DNA of 64,000 nt, taken from an uncultured Clostridia bacterium. GTDB taxonomy: Bacteria > Bacillota > Clostridia > TANB77 > CAG-508. A program made the position numbers and the translations under genes. Within the stretch, counting starts at the first letter, position 1, and the number at the start of each line of letters is the position of its first letter. Location: NCBI GenBank assembly GCA_944386725.1, contig CALXCE010000003.1:26106-90105 (forward strand), given 5' to 3'. The notes under the pieces are model-generated. The model saw only the letters and a program-made list of their open reading frames with translations, was not told the DNA's origin and did not search any database. Of this stretch, positions 11,539 through 21,417 are shown piece by piece.

Positions 11539-12615
11539 TTAGTATGCGTCAGCTGGTTCCTCTCCACCATCAACATTATTATCTTTTTTATTTTTATCTT
11601 CTTTATCCTTTTTCTCTTGTTTTTTTTCTTCTTCTTTATCTTTTTTTTGTCTTTCTTTTTTCTCTTGTTCTTGTTTTTCCTGCCTATCTTTCTCTTCCAT
11701 TTCTTTTCTTACAATTTCTTGTGCCTCTGCAATTTTCATTAATTCAACTTGCTGTTTCATGAATTCTGTTTTTAGTAAGAATATAGCTGCCACTAGATAA
11801 ATGGCTGAAACAGCAATATACATTACTTGGAAATATTCCATATTAAAATCGATAAATATATTTACGGCAATATATAACATATTTAAGAAAATAGACAAAG
11901 TAAGGGCATAAATTGACATATTAAACACAGCCACAAATCTCATTTTTATACGTGCAATCCATGTTGTTAGATATCCAAATATACTTAAAAATACAACATT
12001 TGATAAAGTAGTTAAAAGGTACATCATAAAGCTATATACAAATATCGTTATAAAAACACTAATATATAAAGATATTACTTGAGAACTATTAACATAGTCT
12101 ATTACACTTTGTTTCGTGAATTCTGTAATTCCCATTTGTCCTAGAAGTTCACTATAATTATAGTTAATGGTACCTGCTATTGATCCATTTTTTAAAATCA
12201 CTTTATCTTTTAAGATAATCATTCCACTTCCAGATTTTTCAATTTCATTGATATACTGATTTTCTGTTTGTTGATCTTCTGTATTGGTATCTATAATAGT
12301 TTTTCCCACATAAGAATTGTCCTCTGATATCGTAAGTGGTTGGTCAGAAGAAACATTTAATACTCCATCTTTGTAAGAGAATTCTGGAAATTCATTTTGT
12401 AGATACTCAATGCCTTCTTGAAGCATCTGATATGTCTGATACATCATACCAAGGCAAAGGACAATAGCAAGAATTGCTACTACTTTACATAGATAAGTGA
12501 AAGCCCTTCCTAGCCCCTCTGCTGCCATATCTGGATATTTTTCAATTTTCGTAATAGAATCCCATACTTTTTGGAAAAATCCTATTTTTGCTTTTCCTTC
12601 TTTTTCCTCATTCAT
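11539..12615 (-). CDS. membrane protein, DUF1189-like, with charged C-terminal tail
   Basis: N-terminal TM, extracellular domain, four C-terminal TM helices, K/E-rich tail. Confidence 0.6.
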   Translation of the reverse strand: MNEEKEGKAKIGFFQKVWDSITKIEKYPDMAAEGLGRAFTYLCKVVAILAIVLCLGMMYQTYQMLQEGIEYLQNEFPEFSYKDGVLNVSSDQPLTISEDNSYVGKTIIDTNTEDQQTENQYINEIEKSGSGMIILKDKVILKNGSIAGTINYNYSELLGQMGITEFTKQSVIDYVNSSQVISLYISVFITIFVYSFMMYLLTTLSNVVFLSIFGYLTTWIARIKMRFVAVFNMSIYALTLSIFLNMLYIAVNIFIDFNMEYFQVMYIAVSAIYLVAAIFLLKTEFMKQQVELMKIAEAQEIVRKEMEEKDRQEKQEQEKKERQKKDKEEEKKQEKKDKEDKNKKDNNVDGGEEPADAY

Positions 12616-13733
12616 TATCTATACTCCCTTCTTATGTTTGAATCTACAAATTTAGGATTTACTTGAAAAATCGCTGTATCTCCAATTTTTATATCTTTTT
12701 GCCCTATATCACATACAACATGGTAGGTACCAATTCTTCCTAAAATTTTGCAGTTGTTATCATTTATTTTTACATATATGGCTTGTTTTTTAAAAAATGC
12801 TTTGATGCTATCTAGCAAATATCTCATCTTGTCAATCGTTCGAAACATATCTTTATCATTTTTTACATTGATTCCATTCATATAACCACATGGAATAATG
12901 CCTACTCTCATTTTTTGTGGTGTTGTGTAAATGTTGGAATAACCAATGTTAAATCCTTTTGGCAATTCTTTTATCTCTGACACTTGTCCTTCTAAATGTC
13001 CAATTTTCTTAAGTCCAATAGAATTTTGAAAAGATATTCTTCCTAAAAAAGCTGAACCAATTCTAACAGCATTTAAGTGCATATTAGGGAATTTCAAAAA
13101 AGCAGAAGAATTACAAATATGAAGCATACCTGTTTCTATTTCATTCATTTTTAAGACTTCTATACTATCAATAAATCTTTGAAATTGCGTTTTCGTATAT
13201 TTGTCATCAAAAAAACTTATAGAAAAATGGGAAAAAGTACCTTCTATTTCTATATTTTTCATACTTTTTAGAACTTCTATCATTTCATCACGATTACTAT
13301 AAACAAATCCATATCTCCCAAAACCAGTATCTATTTTTAGATGAGCTCTTATTTTCTTACCTTGTTCTTCTCCAATTTTATCAGCAATTTCTACATCTTC
13401 TTTTGAACCAATAGTGATAATAATGTTATTTTGAATTAAAGTTTCCACATCTTCTTTGATAGCAGTGGAAGATAACATTAAAATATCTTGCTTAATACCT
13501 GCTTTTCTTAATTGTAAAGCTTCTTCTATCGTTGCTACAGCAAAAAAGGAAATTCCATTATCAATTAAAAATTTCGTATATTCTACCAATCCCAATCCAT
13601 AAGCATTTCCTTTTACAACAGCTATTATTTTAACTAGATTACCATTGTCATCTTTTCCACTTTTTCTAGCAAATTCTTTTATCTTTTCTATATTATGTCT
13701 TAAATCTTCTTTTTCAATCACTAAAGTATTCAC
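12615..13733 (-). CDS. alr: alanine racemase family protein
   Basis: AVVKGNAYGLG (PLP lysine), HLKIDTGFGRYG, GTFSHF, HICNS; probable GTG start 13733 after GGAGG. Confidence 0.85.
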   Translation of the reverse strand: MNTLVIEKEDLRHNIEKIKEFARKSGKDDNGNLVKIIAVVKGNAYGLGLVEYTKFLIDNGISFFAVATIEEALQLRKAGIKQDILMLSSTAIKEDVETLIQNNIIITIGSKEDVEIADKIGEEQGKKIRAHLKIDTGFGRYGFVYSNRDEMIEVLKSMKNIEIEGTFSHFSISFFDDKYTKTQFQRFIDSIEVLKMNEIETGMLHICNSSAFLKFPNMHLNAVRIGSAFLGRISFQNSIGLKKIGHLEGQVSEIKELPKGFNIGYSNIYTTPQKMRVGIIPCGYMNGINVKNDKDMFRTIDKMRYLLDSIKAFFKKQAIYVKINDNNCKILGRIGTYHVVCDIGQKDIKIGDTAIFQVNPKFVDSNIRREYR

Positions 13734-13743
13734 TTTTTCCTCC

Positions 13744-13863
13744 AATAGGTGTTTTTGAGGACGGGGACAAAAAACACCCTTTATATTACATTTTACAATA
13801 TTAACTTTTTAGACTTCTTTATATAAATGGTGTTTTTTGTCCCCGTCCTCAAAAACACCTATT
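13744..13863. repeat. REP doublet, subtype B
   Basis: 35-bp perfect inverted repeats 13744-13778 and 13829-13863 (GGTGTTTTTGAGGACGGGGACAAAAAACACC) with a 50-bp spacer; fills the femX-alr gap. Confidence 0.9.
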
Positions 13864-14917
13864 TTTTTAATTTCATTTTGAATTGGCGCATGGTTCTAAA
13901 TGCTTTTTCTGAAAATCGATATAATTTATAAGTAATTGGTTTAAATGGCATATATACTTCTCCAATAAATTCGGTGAAGGTTGCTCCAAATCCTTGTTTA
14001 AATCGGTATAACCCATATTGCGGATGGTTTTCATCTACAACTCCTGATACACCTCTAAAATCGTACACATCATCTTTTCTTTTTATTGCCATTTTTATCA
14101 TTTCCCATTGTAACAAATAGTTTGGCATTAGATTACGATGGGAATTGCTACTTGCTCCATATAAATACCATGTTTTATTTCCATAAAAGATAGGAATAAC
14201 TCCTGAAATTGGTTTGTCTTCATAATAAGCCATAAGAATTTTCATGTGATCTGGTCCTAAGCAATCATACATTTTTTCAAAATATTCTAAAGGTCGAATA
14301 ATAAAACCATCTCTTGCACCAGTTTCTATCATGATTTTATGAAAATCTTTTAAATCTTCTTTGGTTCCTTCTTTAATCGTAACACCTTTTCTTCCAGCTA
14401 GACGAATGTTATATCTCCATTTTTGTTTAAATCCAGCCATAATTTCGTCTTCCGTTTTTCCTTTAATATCTAATCGAAATACATATCTTGGTTGAATTTC
14501 ATCTTTGAAATCTTTAGCATCATCTTTTATTCGATACCCTAAATTAGTTACCACATTTCTAAAATCTTGGTCATCACTTACAATATCGGGCTCCATTCTT
14601 AAAACAATAGCATTGTATTTTTTTGCTAACTCTTTAGCTCCATCTGTTAATTGCTTCATTACAGCAATATCATGAATATCACATACAGGTCCTCGAGAAG
14701 AATACATAATATTACCAAAAATCGGCATTTTACGAATCCATACACAAAGAGAACCTATAATTTCTCCATTATCCCCTTCTGCTAAAATAACTTCTGGCTT
14801 CCAGTTTGGTTTTTTTACTTCTGCCCATTCTAATGATTGCTGAAAATTACATCTTTCATGTCCTTCCAAAAACTTCTTATATTCTTTTTTTGCCTCTTCA
14901 CTATCTACAAATCTCAT
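13859..14917 (-). CDS. FemX/MurM family peptidoglycan bridge aminoacyltransferase
   Basis: FQQSLEWAEVK, YSSRGPV, LRMEPD, QKWRYNIRLA, YLYGASS, NYLLQWEMI, YDFRGVSG, GLYRFKQGFG; start ATG 14917 after AAGGAG. Confidence 0.88.
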   Translation of the reverse strand: MRFVDSEEAKKEYKKFLEGHERCNFQQSLEWAEVKKPNWKPEVILAEGDNGEIIGSLCVWIRKMPIFGNIMYSSRGPVCDIHDIAVMKQLTDGAKELAKKYNAIVLRMEPDIVSDDQDFRNVVTNLGYRIKDDAKDFKDEIQPRYVFRLDIKGKTEDEIMAGFKQKWRYNIRLAGRKGVTIKEGTKEDLKDFHKIMIETGARDGFIIRPLEYFEKMYDCLGPDHMKILMAYYEDKPISGVIPIFYGNKTWYLYGASSNSHRNLMPNYLLQWEMIKMAIKRKDDVYDFRGVSGVVDENHPQYGLYRFKQGFGATFTEFIGEVYMPFKPITYKLYRFSEKAFRTMRQFKMKLKK

Positions 14918-14933
14918 TTTTTCTCCTTGTCCA

Positions 14934-14981
14934 ATTGGGGACGTTTCTTTTTTCACATTTTTGTGCAATTTGGGACACATC
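14934..14981. repeat. REP-like element, subtype A
   Basis: Exact reverse complement of 9640-9687; abuts the femX RBS. Confidence 0.85.
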
Positions 14982-15182
14982 TCCAATTTTCGTCTTATAT
15001 CATTATTTACAATATATTGGTATTTTACACTAAATCACAAAAATTTACAAGTAAATTAATACTTTAAACAATATTTTTTACAAAAAAATAATAAAATAAA
15101 AAAAGAGTATCGATATAAATCATAATATCTACACTCTTTTATCATTTTTTGAATATTCTTAAAAACCATAAAATTCAATATA

Positions 15183-16934
15183 TTATATATTAATTAATTT
15201 ATCTAATATTTCTATTTCTTGATTTAATGTCTCATCTTGAATTTCATTTATTTCTTGTTCCATATATGTTTTTAAGTTACTAAATATTTCTTTATATTCT
15301 TCACTAACTTTTAACTCAACTGATGTCCTTTCATTTTCTCCTAAAATTCTATATATTTCATCTTCTGTATATAGACAATCTTGTATACCATTATCTACTG
15401 TTATTAAGAATCTTCTATCTCCATCACTTCTCTCATATAATATCCAATCTTTTAAAGTATTTGCATATCTTGTAAGTATTATTGCTTTCCTAATCCCTGT
15501 ATTATCATAGTGTTCTTCGTTGTTTGTAAATGAAACTGTTTGTGAATTTTGATATTCTTTTCCTTCTCTATCCTTGTATGATACATTTAAGATGATGTCT
15601 TCATCTGAGCTGTTATCCTTTTTATTTAATTTAAGTAATACAACTCCTCCTTTTACTTCTTCATCACTTGTTGTTTTAGAAGGGAATAATGTATTTACAT
15701 TCATTATACTTCCACTATCTTTATTTACTGTATCAGAACCATATACTTCTGCGATTTCATATGCATCTGATTGTAGATTTAATTCCAAATTAAATACTAA
15801 TGGAGTAACCATATATTCAAATTGTTCTCCCATTCTATCTTTGAATTCTGATGAATTATGTACTGAATAATAATTTGCACCTCTAACATCTGATATTGCT
15901 TTTGTTAATTCAGTGTTAAAATCAACGCCTACACCTATAAATGTTGTATATATTCCATCATCTGCATTATCTTCAACATATGACAATAATCCTTTCTCAG
16001 ATGTTTCTCCATAATTTGGCATAGCATCTGTTATAACTATTATTCTATTTTCATATTCATTTGTGTCTACATTTTTATATTCATTTAATAATTCTGTTGC
16101 TTTCAAATAACCACTTTCAAAATTGGTTCCACCTTGTGCTCCTATTTCTAAAATATGTCCTTTTATGGCTTCTATATCTGTTGTACTAACTAAATTAATT
16201 GGTTTTGCTAAATATGATTGATCATCAAACAATACCATCCCAAATCTATCATCCTCATTTAATTGATCTAATAATATGTTTACAGATTCGTTTGCAATTT
16301 GCATCTTAGTTTTGTCCTCATCTTCTGCATTTTTTTGCATATCATCATAATAATATGAACTAAATCCAGAACTCATAGAGCTTGAAATGTCTAATACAAC
16401 TACTAAGTTTAATTTTTTTCTGGAAAAATCACTTTCTTTTATATTTGAATTAAGCCCTACTGTCATATAATATTCATCTTGTTCAGATACAGGATCTTTT
16501 GACACAGCTGTTGAATATGAAGGTGAAAATAATTCTTGTGAATTACCACCTACATTTCCTGTTTCAAATGTATAGTCATAGAATAAACCATTATGCGTTA
16601 TATCTGTAGATATTGGAAAATACCCATTTTCTATATTTTCTCTAAAGTTATTAATGTCCTTTGCTCCCCCTGTAGAAAAGCCTATGTTAGAAGAACTACT
16701 TGAACTCATAGCCGAATCTGTAAATGAAGATCCAGCAGAAAATTGGCTTGAAGTCATTCGTTGATTTATTACATCTCTTTCTTCATATACCCAATCATCT
16801 ATTTTCCCATTTACTATATTAACTTTTCTCTCCCTCACATAAAGTAAAAATATTGATACAATAATTATTATTAACAAAACTACAATAATTGATATTGTTA
16901 GAATTTTCTTGCTATTTTTCTTTTTTTCTTCCAT
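15183..16934 (-). CDS. membrane-anchored vWA-domain protein (YfbK-like)
   Basis: N-terminal TM, Ser-rich linker, MIDAS DISSSMS, AQGGTNFESG, ITDAMPN, FIGVGVDFN. Confidence 0.75.
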   Translation of the reverse strand: MEEKKKNSKKILTISIIVVLLIIIIVSIFLLYVRERKVNIVNGKIDDWVYEERDVINQRMTSSQFSAGSSFTDSAMSSSSSSNIGFSTGGAKDINNFRENIENGYFPISTDITHNGLFYDYTFETGNVGGNSQELFSPSYSTAVSKDPVSEQDEYYMTVGLNSNIKESDFSRKKLNLVVVLDISSSMSSGFSSYYYDDMQKNAEDEDKTKMQIANESVNILLDQLNEDDRFGMVLFDDQSYLAKPINLVSTTDIEAIKGHILEIGAQGGTNFESGYLKATELLNEYKNVDTNEYENRIIVITDAMPNYGETSEKGLLSYVEDNADDGIYTTFIGVGVDFNTELTKAISDVRGANYYSVHNSSEFKDRMGEQFEYMVTPLVFNLELNLQSDAYEIAEVYGSDTVNKDSGSIMNVNTLFPSKTTSDEEVKGGVVLLKLNKKDNSSDEDIILNVSYKDREGKEYQNSQTVSFTNNEEHYDNTGIRKAIILTRYANTLKDWILYERSDGDRRFLITVDNGIQDCLYTEDEIYRILGENERTSVELKVSEEYKEIFSNLKTYMEQEINEIQDETLNQEIEILDKLINI

Positions 16935-17082
16935 TTTATCCCCTCCCATTTATCTTACAAGTTACGAACTTCGTTCTCTTTCTAAAAATATTATATATAA
17001 ATTATTAGAAAACTTCAATGGGAGTATAGAAAAAATTATATAATTATAGTATAATCTATAAAGATTTTAAGAGTTAGGAGTA

Positions 17083-17940
17083 ATGTATATGATAGATAAT
17101 AAATATTTAAGTAGGATAAAAATATTTGAGCATAAAGACAAAAATAAAAATTATAATATGAACATTTTTACATATATTCCTGAGGGCAATATTAATGAAA
17201 TGAAAATAGTATTTGTTATGAGTGGTTGCTATAGAGATGCTTTAAATTATTTAAAAATTTGGATAAAACCTGCAGATGAAAATAAATATATTATTATTGC
17301 ACCAGAGTTTGACAAACCTCATTATTCCATAGCTGACCATGAATATGGAAATATAATTAATATAGACTATGATTATTGTACACAAGACATTTATACTCCA
17401 AAAATGATTTATGATAATAATATAAAAAATGAGTCTAATTGGATTTATCATAATATAGATGAAATTTATATTAAATTTATAAAAGAATTTAATATAAAAA
17501 ATAGTGGATATATTATATTTGGGCATTCATCAGGCTCACAATTTACTCATAGATTTTTAATGCTTGGAAATAGTAAGTATTGTAAAAAATATTTATGTGC
17601 AAATGCAGGACTATATACTTTTTATGATATAACAAGCAATTATCCTTATGGTATAAAAAATTTAAATGAATTTAAAGAAAGAATAGATAAATCTTTAACT
17701 AAAGAAGTATATATACTGGCTGGTGAACAAGATGTAAAAACCGAATATTTAAATACTCTCCCAAATGATTTAAAACAAGGAAAAACACGATATGAAAGAG
17801 CAACTAAATATTTTAATTCAGCCATAAATTATGCAAAAGATAATAATATAAAAATAAATTGGAAGTTTATTTCTATGCCTAATGTGCATCATAATTCTAA
17901 AGAAGTAGTCCCTTTTGCAATAAAAATTATTAATAGTTAA
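17083..17940 (+). CDS. alpha/beta hydrolase
   Basis: IIAPEF, GHSSGSQF (GxSxG nucleophile elbow), LAGEQD, C-terminal His (VHHNS); very AT-rich. Confidence 0.8.
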   Translation: MYMIDNKYLSRIKIFEHKDKNKNYNMNIFTYIPEGNINEMKIVFVMSGCYRDALNYLKIWIKPADENKYIIIAPEFDKPHYSIADHEYGNIINIDYDYCTQDIYTPKMIYDNNIKNESNWIYHNIDEIYIKFIKEFNIKNSGYIIFGHSSGSQFTHRFLMLGNSKYCKKYLCANAGLYTFYDITSNYPYGIKNLNEFKERIDKSLTKEVYILAGEQDVKTEYLNTLPNDLKQGKTRYERATKYFNSAINYAKDNNIKINWKFISMPNVHHNSKEVVPFAIKIINS

Positions 17941-17963
17941 AAGACAATGATTATCTTCATTCT

Positions 17964-18023
17964 TTATATTGGGGGAATTTTAGCATTTGGTTTTAATTCT
18001 TGTATTATCTTAAATTCAAGCAT
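17964..18023 (-). CDS. possible 19-aa small ORF MLEFKIIQELKPNAKIPPI
   Basis: AAGGAGGA RBS at 18032-18039 with normal spacing to ATG 18023; TAA at 17964-17966. Confidence 0.3.
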   Translation of the reverse strand: MLEFKIIQELKPNAKIPPI

Positions 18024-18072
18024 GAAAAATGTCCTCCTTCCAAGTCAAGGGAACATCATTTTTAAACAAAAT

Positions 18073-18109
18073 AAAACTTACGAGCTTTTTATAGTCCGTA
18101 AGTTGTTTT
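18073..18109 (-). terminator. terminator after tRNA-Gly
   Basis: AACTTACG...CGTAAGTT hairpin followed by T-run. Confidence 0.6.
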
Positions 18110-18113
18110 CAAA

Positions 18114-18187
<74 letters not shown>

Positions 18188-18211
18188 AAAGTTTCCTCCT
18201 GACAATTATAG

Positions 18212-18240
18212 ATTATAAATGTTTTTCATATTTTTGTCAA
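18212..18240 (-). promoter_or_regulatory. sigmaA promoter for tRNA-Gly
   Basis: Perfect TTGACA-17-TATAAT. Confidence 0.8.
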
Positions 18241-18302
18241 TACTTTTCAAAAAAAAATTTTAAATCTTTCAAGTTTAACTATTCTTCTTTATTTTTTATA
18301 TT

Positions 18303-19898
18303 CTATAAACAAGCTTTTACTAACCCCACAAATAATGGTGCTGGCCTATTTGGTCTTGATTTTAATTCTGGATGGAATTGTCCAGCAATAAAATATGGAT
18401 GTTCTTCTAGTTCTACCATTTCCACTAATAATCCATCTGGAGAAGTTCCTGATATTTTTAGTCCAGCTTTTTCTAGTCTTTCTCTATAATCATTGTTATA
18501 CTCATAACGATGTCTATGTCTTTCTGAAATCTCTTCTTTTCCATATATTTTACTTGCTACAGTTCCTTTTTTTATTACACATGGATAAGCCCCTAATCTC
18601 ATGGTTCCACCTTTTTGGTTGATTTCTTTTTGTTCTTCCATGATATGAATAACTGGGTTTTTTGTTGTTTCATCCAATTCAGCTGAATTGCTATCAGTTA
18701 ATCCTAATACATTTCTAGCAAATTCTACTACAGCCATTTGCATTCCTAAACAAATTCCTAAAAATGGTATCTTATTTTCTCTTACATATTTTATAGTTTC
18801 TATTTTTCCTTCAATTCCTCTATTTCCAAATCCTCCTGGAACAACAACTCCATCTATACCTTTTAATTTTTCGGCAACATTCTCTCGTATAATAGATTCA
18901 GAATCAATTAAATGAACTTTTACTTTTACTTTATTTGTAAACCCTGCATGATATAGGCTCTCTATAACAGAAATATAAGCATCTTCTAGTCTTACATATT
19001 TTCCAACAATAGCAATATTAACTATTCTTTCTTCATCAATACTTCTAATGTTTTCAACCATAGCCTCCCACTTTGAATTGTCTGGAACATAATTTTCTAA
19101 TTTCAAATGATTACAGACTTCTTTTGCTAGTCCCTCTTCTTCTAACATTAATGGAACCGCATATAAACAATCTGCTGTTTTATTTTGGATAACACTTGTT
19201 TTTCTTACATTACAGAATAAAGATAATTTTTCTCTGATACTGTCTGGTATATCAGATTCTGTTCTACAAACTAATATATTCGGTTTAATTCCAAAGCTTT
19301 GCAATTCTTTTACTGAATGTTGAGTTGGTTTGGATTTAATTTCATTAGAACCAAATATATATGGTAATAAAGTAACATGAATATAGATCACATCTTCCGG
19401 ATTTTTTTCTAGTCCTACTTGACGAATTGCCTCAATGATAGATAATCCTTCAATATCTCCTACAGTTCCTCCTACTTCAGTTATAACAATGTCTGTATCA
19501 GTTTTTTCAAATCCATATATTTTATCTTTAATTTCATTTGTAATATGAGGGATAACTTGTACTGTTTTTCCTAGATAATCTCCTCTTCTTTCTTTTTCAA
19601 TGACATTTTGATAAATTTTTCCCATCGTGATACTTGAATTTTTTGTTAAATTCTCGTTAATAAATCTCTCATAATGACCTAAATCTAAATCGGTTTCTGC
19701 TCCATCATCTGTAACAAAGACTTCTCCATGTTCATAAGGGTTCATAGTGCCTGGGTCAACATTAATATAAGGATCAAACTTTTGAATGGTAACCTTATAT
19801 CCTCTATTTTTTAATAGTCTTCCTAAAGATGCAGCGGTAATCCCTTTTCCTAAACCTGAAACAACTCCACCTGTTACAAAAATATACTTAGTATTCAT
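18303..19898 (-). CDS. pyrG: CTP synthase
   Basis: [40 protein letters not shown]. Confidence 0.98.
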   Translation of the reverse strand: MNTKYIFVTGGVVSGLGKGITAASLGRLLKNRGYKVTIQKFDPYINVDPGTMNPYEHGEVFVTDDGAETDLDLGHYERFINENLTKNSSITMGKIYQNVIEKERRGDYLGKTVQVIPHITNEIKDKIYGFEKTDTDIVITEVGGTVGDIEGLSIIEAIRQVGLEKNPEDVIYIHVTLLPYIFGSNEIKSKPTQHSVKELQSFGIKPNILVCRTESDIPDSIREKLSLFCNVRKTSVIQNKTADCLYAVPLMLEEEGLAKEVCNHLKLENYVPDNSKWEAMVENIRSIDEERIVNIAIVGKYVRLEDAYISVIESLYHAGFTNKVKVKVHLIDSESIIRENVAEKLKGIDGVVVPGGFGNRGIEGKIETIKYVRENKIPFLGICLGMQMAVVEFARNVLGLTDSNSAELDETTKNPVIHIMEEQKEINQKGGTMRLGAYPCVIKKGTVASKIYGKEEISERHRHRYEYNNDYRERLEKAGLKISGTSPDGLLVEMVELEEHPYFIAGQFHPELKSRPNRPAPLFVGLVKACL

Positions 19899-19991
19899 AG
19901 TAAAACTTCCTTTCTCTACAAAACTGCCATTGGTTCTGGGTTTGTTTGGTACTTCCTACATTTGCTATATTACAGACACGTTTTCTGAAAA

Positions 19992-20037
19992 TAAAAAAAG
20001 ATTAAAAAAATTCCCAAAAGCGGTTTTTTTTTAATCT
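19992..20037 (-). terminator. terminator between greA and pyrG
   Basis: AGATTAAAAAAA...TTTTTTTAATCT hairpin followed by T6. Confidence 0.55.
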
Positions 20038-20122
20038 ATTTATAGTTTATCATTAATTTAAAAATTTGACAAGTAGTTTTTATAAATTTATTTGTATTTT
20101 TATTTATTACTGCCAACAAAAT

Positions 20123-20599
20123 TTATTTTTTTATCGATAAAATTTTGTACTTCATAACACCTGCTGGTGCATTTACTTCTACTATGTGATTTTTCTTAGC
20201 ACCTAATAATGCAGAACCTAATGGTGATTCATTCGATATTTTATTTTCTAACAAATCAACTTCTGTTGAACCAACTATAGTATACTCTATTTTTTCATCA
20301 AATTCCATATCTAATACTTTTACAATATTTCCAACTTGAACTGTTTCTGTGTCAATATCTTTTTCATCAATTATTTTAGCATGTCTTATTTTATTTTCTA
20401 ATTCTGCTATTTTTACTTCATTTTCTGCTTGTGCTGTTTTGGCTTCATCGTACTCTGAATTTTCTGATAAATCTCCAAATCCTAATGCTACTTTTATTCT
20501 ATCCGCTATTTCTGCTCTTTTTTCTGTTCTTAAATAATTTAATTCTTTCTCTAAATTATCGTATCCTTCTTGTGTTAATATTACCTCTTTTTCTTCCAT
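20123..20599 (-). CDS. greA: transcription elongation factor GreA
   Basis: GDLSENSEYDEAK, ISNESPLGSALLG. Confidence 0.97.
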   Translation of the reverse strand: MEEKEVILTQEGYDNLEKELNYLRTEKRAEIADRIKVALGFGDLSENSEYDEAKTAQAENEVKIAELENKIRHAKIIDEKDIDTETVQVGNIVKVLDMEFDEKIEYTIVGSTEVDLLENKISNESPLGSALLGAKKNHIVEVNAPAGVMKYKILSIKK

Positions 20600-20697
20600 G
20601 GTATCTTCTCCTTTCGCACCTATTCTTTTAAGCTATAGACACTTCTATAACTTAGAAATATAATTCATTCTATATACTTTTGAAAAAATCATTTACT

Positions 20698-20726
20698 ATA
20701 TTACGGCAAAAAATGAAATTTGTCAA
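20698..20726 (-). promoter_or_regulatory. sigmaA promoter for greA
   Basis: TTGACA-17-TAATAT. Confidence 0.65.
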
Positions 20727-20755
20727 GCAAATCTCATTTTTATTTATTAATTATC

Positions 20756-21346
20756 CTATTTCATCAACTCTTTTGCACCTTTCATATAGTCAACTCCTGA
20801 AAAAATAGTTGCAATAATTTGTATAATCATCATTATTGTTACAATAAAATTCAAGCAAAACGCTCCACCTACAAGATTTCCTGTAAAACATTCACCAAAG
20901 CTATGTAAGTCAACGAAGGCTAAAATAATAGCAAACATCTGCGTTACCGTTTTTAATTTCCCCCAATTTGAAGCAGCAATCACTTTTCCACCTTTTTCTA
21001 TAGCAATTAGTCGATATCCAGATACTAAAAATTCTCTTGCTAATACAATAATTGGTATCCAAGCAGGTAATTTACCCATTTCCACTAGCATTATCATAGC
21101 TGTTAAAACTAGAATTTTGTCTGCTAAAGGATCTAAAAATTTTCCAAAAGTTGTTATTTGATTATTTTTTCTGGCTAGATAACCATCTAATTTATCCGTT
21201 AGAGAAGCTATAATAAATATAAAGTCTATAGTCCAATATTCTATTGGTATGCCAAAAAACTCTCCTTTTATTCCTAAAAAAGGAATGATTACCATGATAG
21301 GTACTAATATAATTCTAAATATCGTTAACTTATTTGGTAAATTCAT
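20756..21346 (-). CDS. pgsA: CDP-diacylglycerol--glycerol-3-phosphate 3-phosphatidyltransferase
   Basis: MNLPNKLTIFR, TDKLDGYLARK, GKFLDPLADK. Confidence 0.96.
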   Translation of the reverse strand: MNLPNKLTIFRIILVPIMVIIPFLGIKGEFFGIPIEYWTIDFIFIIASLTDKLDGYLARKNNQITTFGKFLDPLADKILVLTAMIMLVEMGKLPAWIPIIVLAREFLVSGYRLIAIEKGGKVIAASNWGKLKTVTQMFAIILAFVDLHSFGECFTGNLVGGAFCLNFIVTIMMIIQIIATIFSGVDYMKGAKELMK

Positions 21347-21417
21347 TTTTCTATTCCTTTCCTATACTCATAACAACAGTTTACATTTTATCTTCTAAGT
21401 GGAAATTTTATCACATT

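Noticed and set aside
19900-20075. pyrG CTP-sensing attenuator
   Set aside because: A terminator and a possible promoter exist, but I see no GGGC reiterative-transcription start; it is simply explained as the greA terminator
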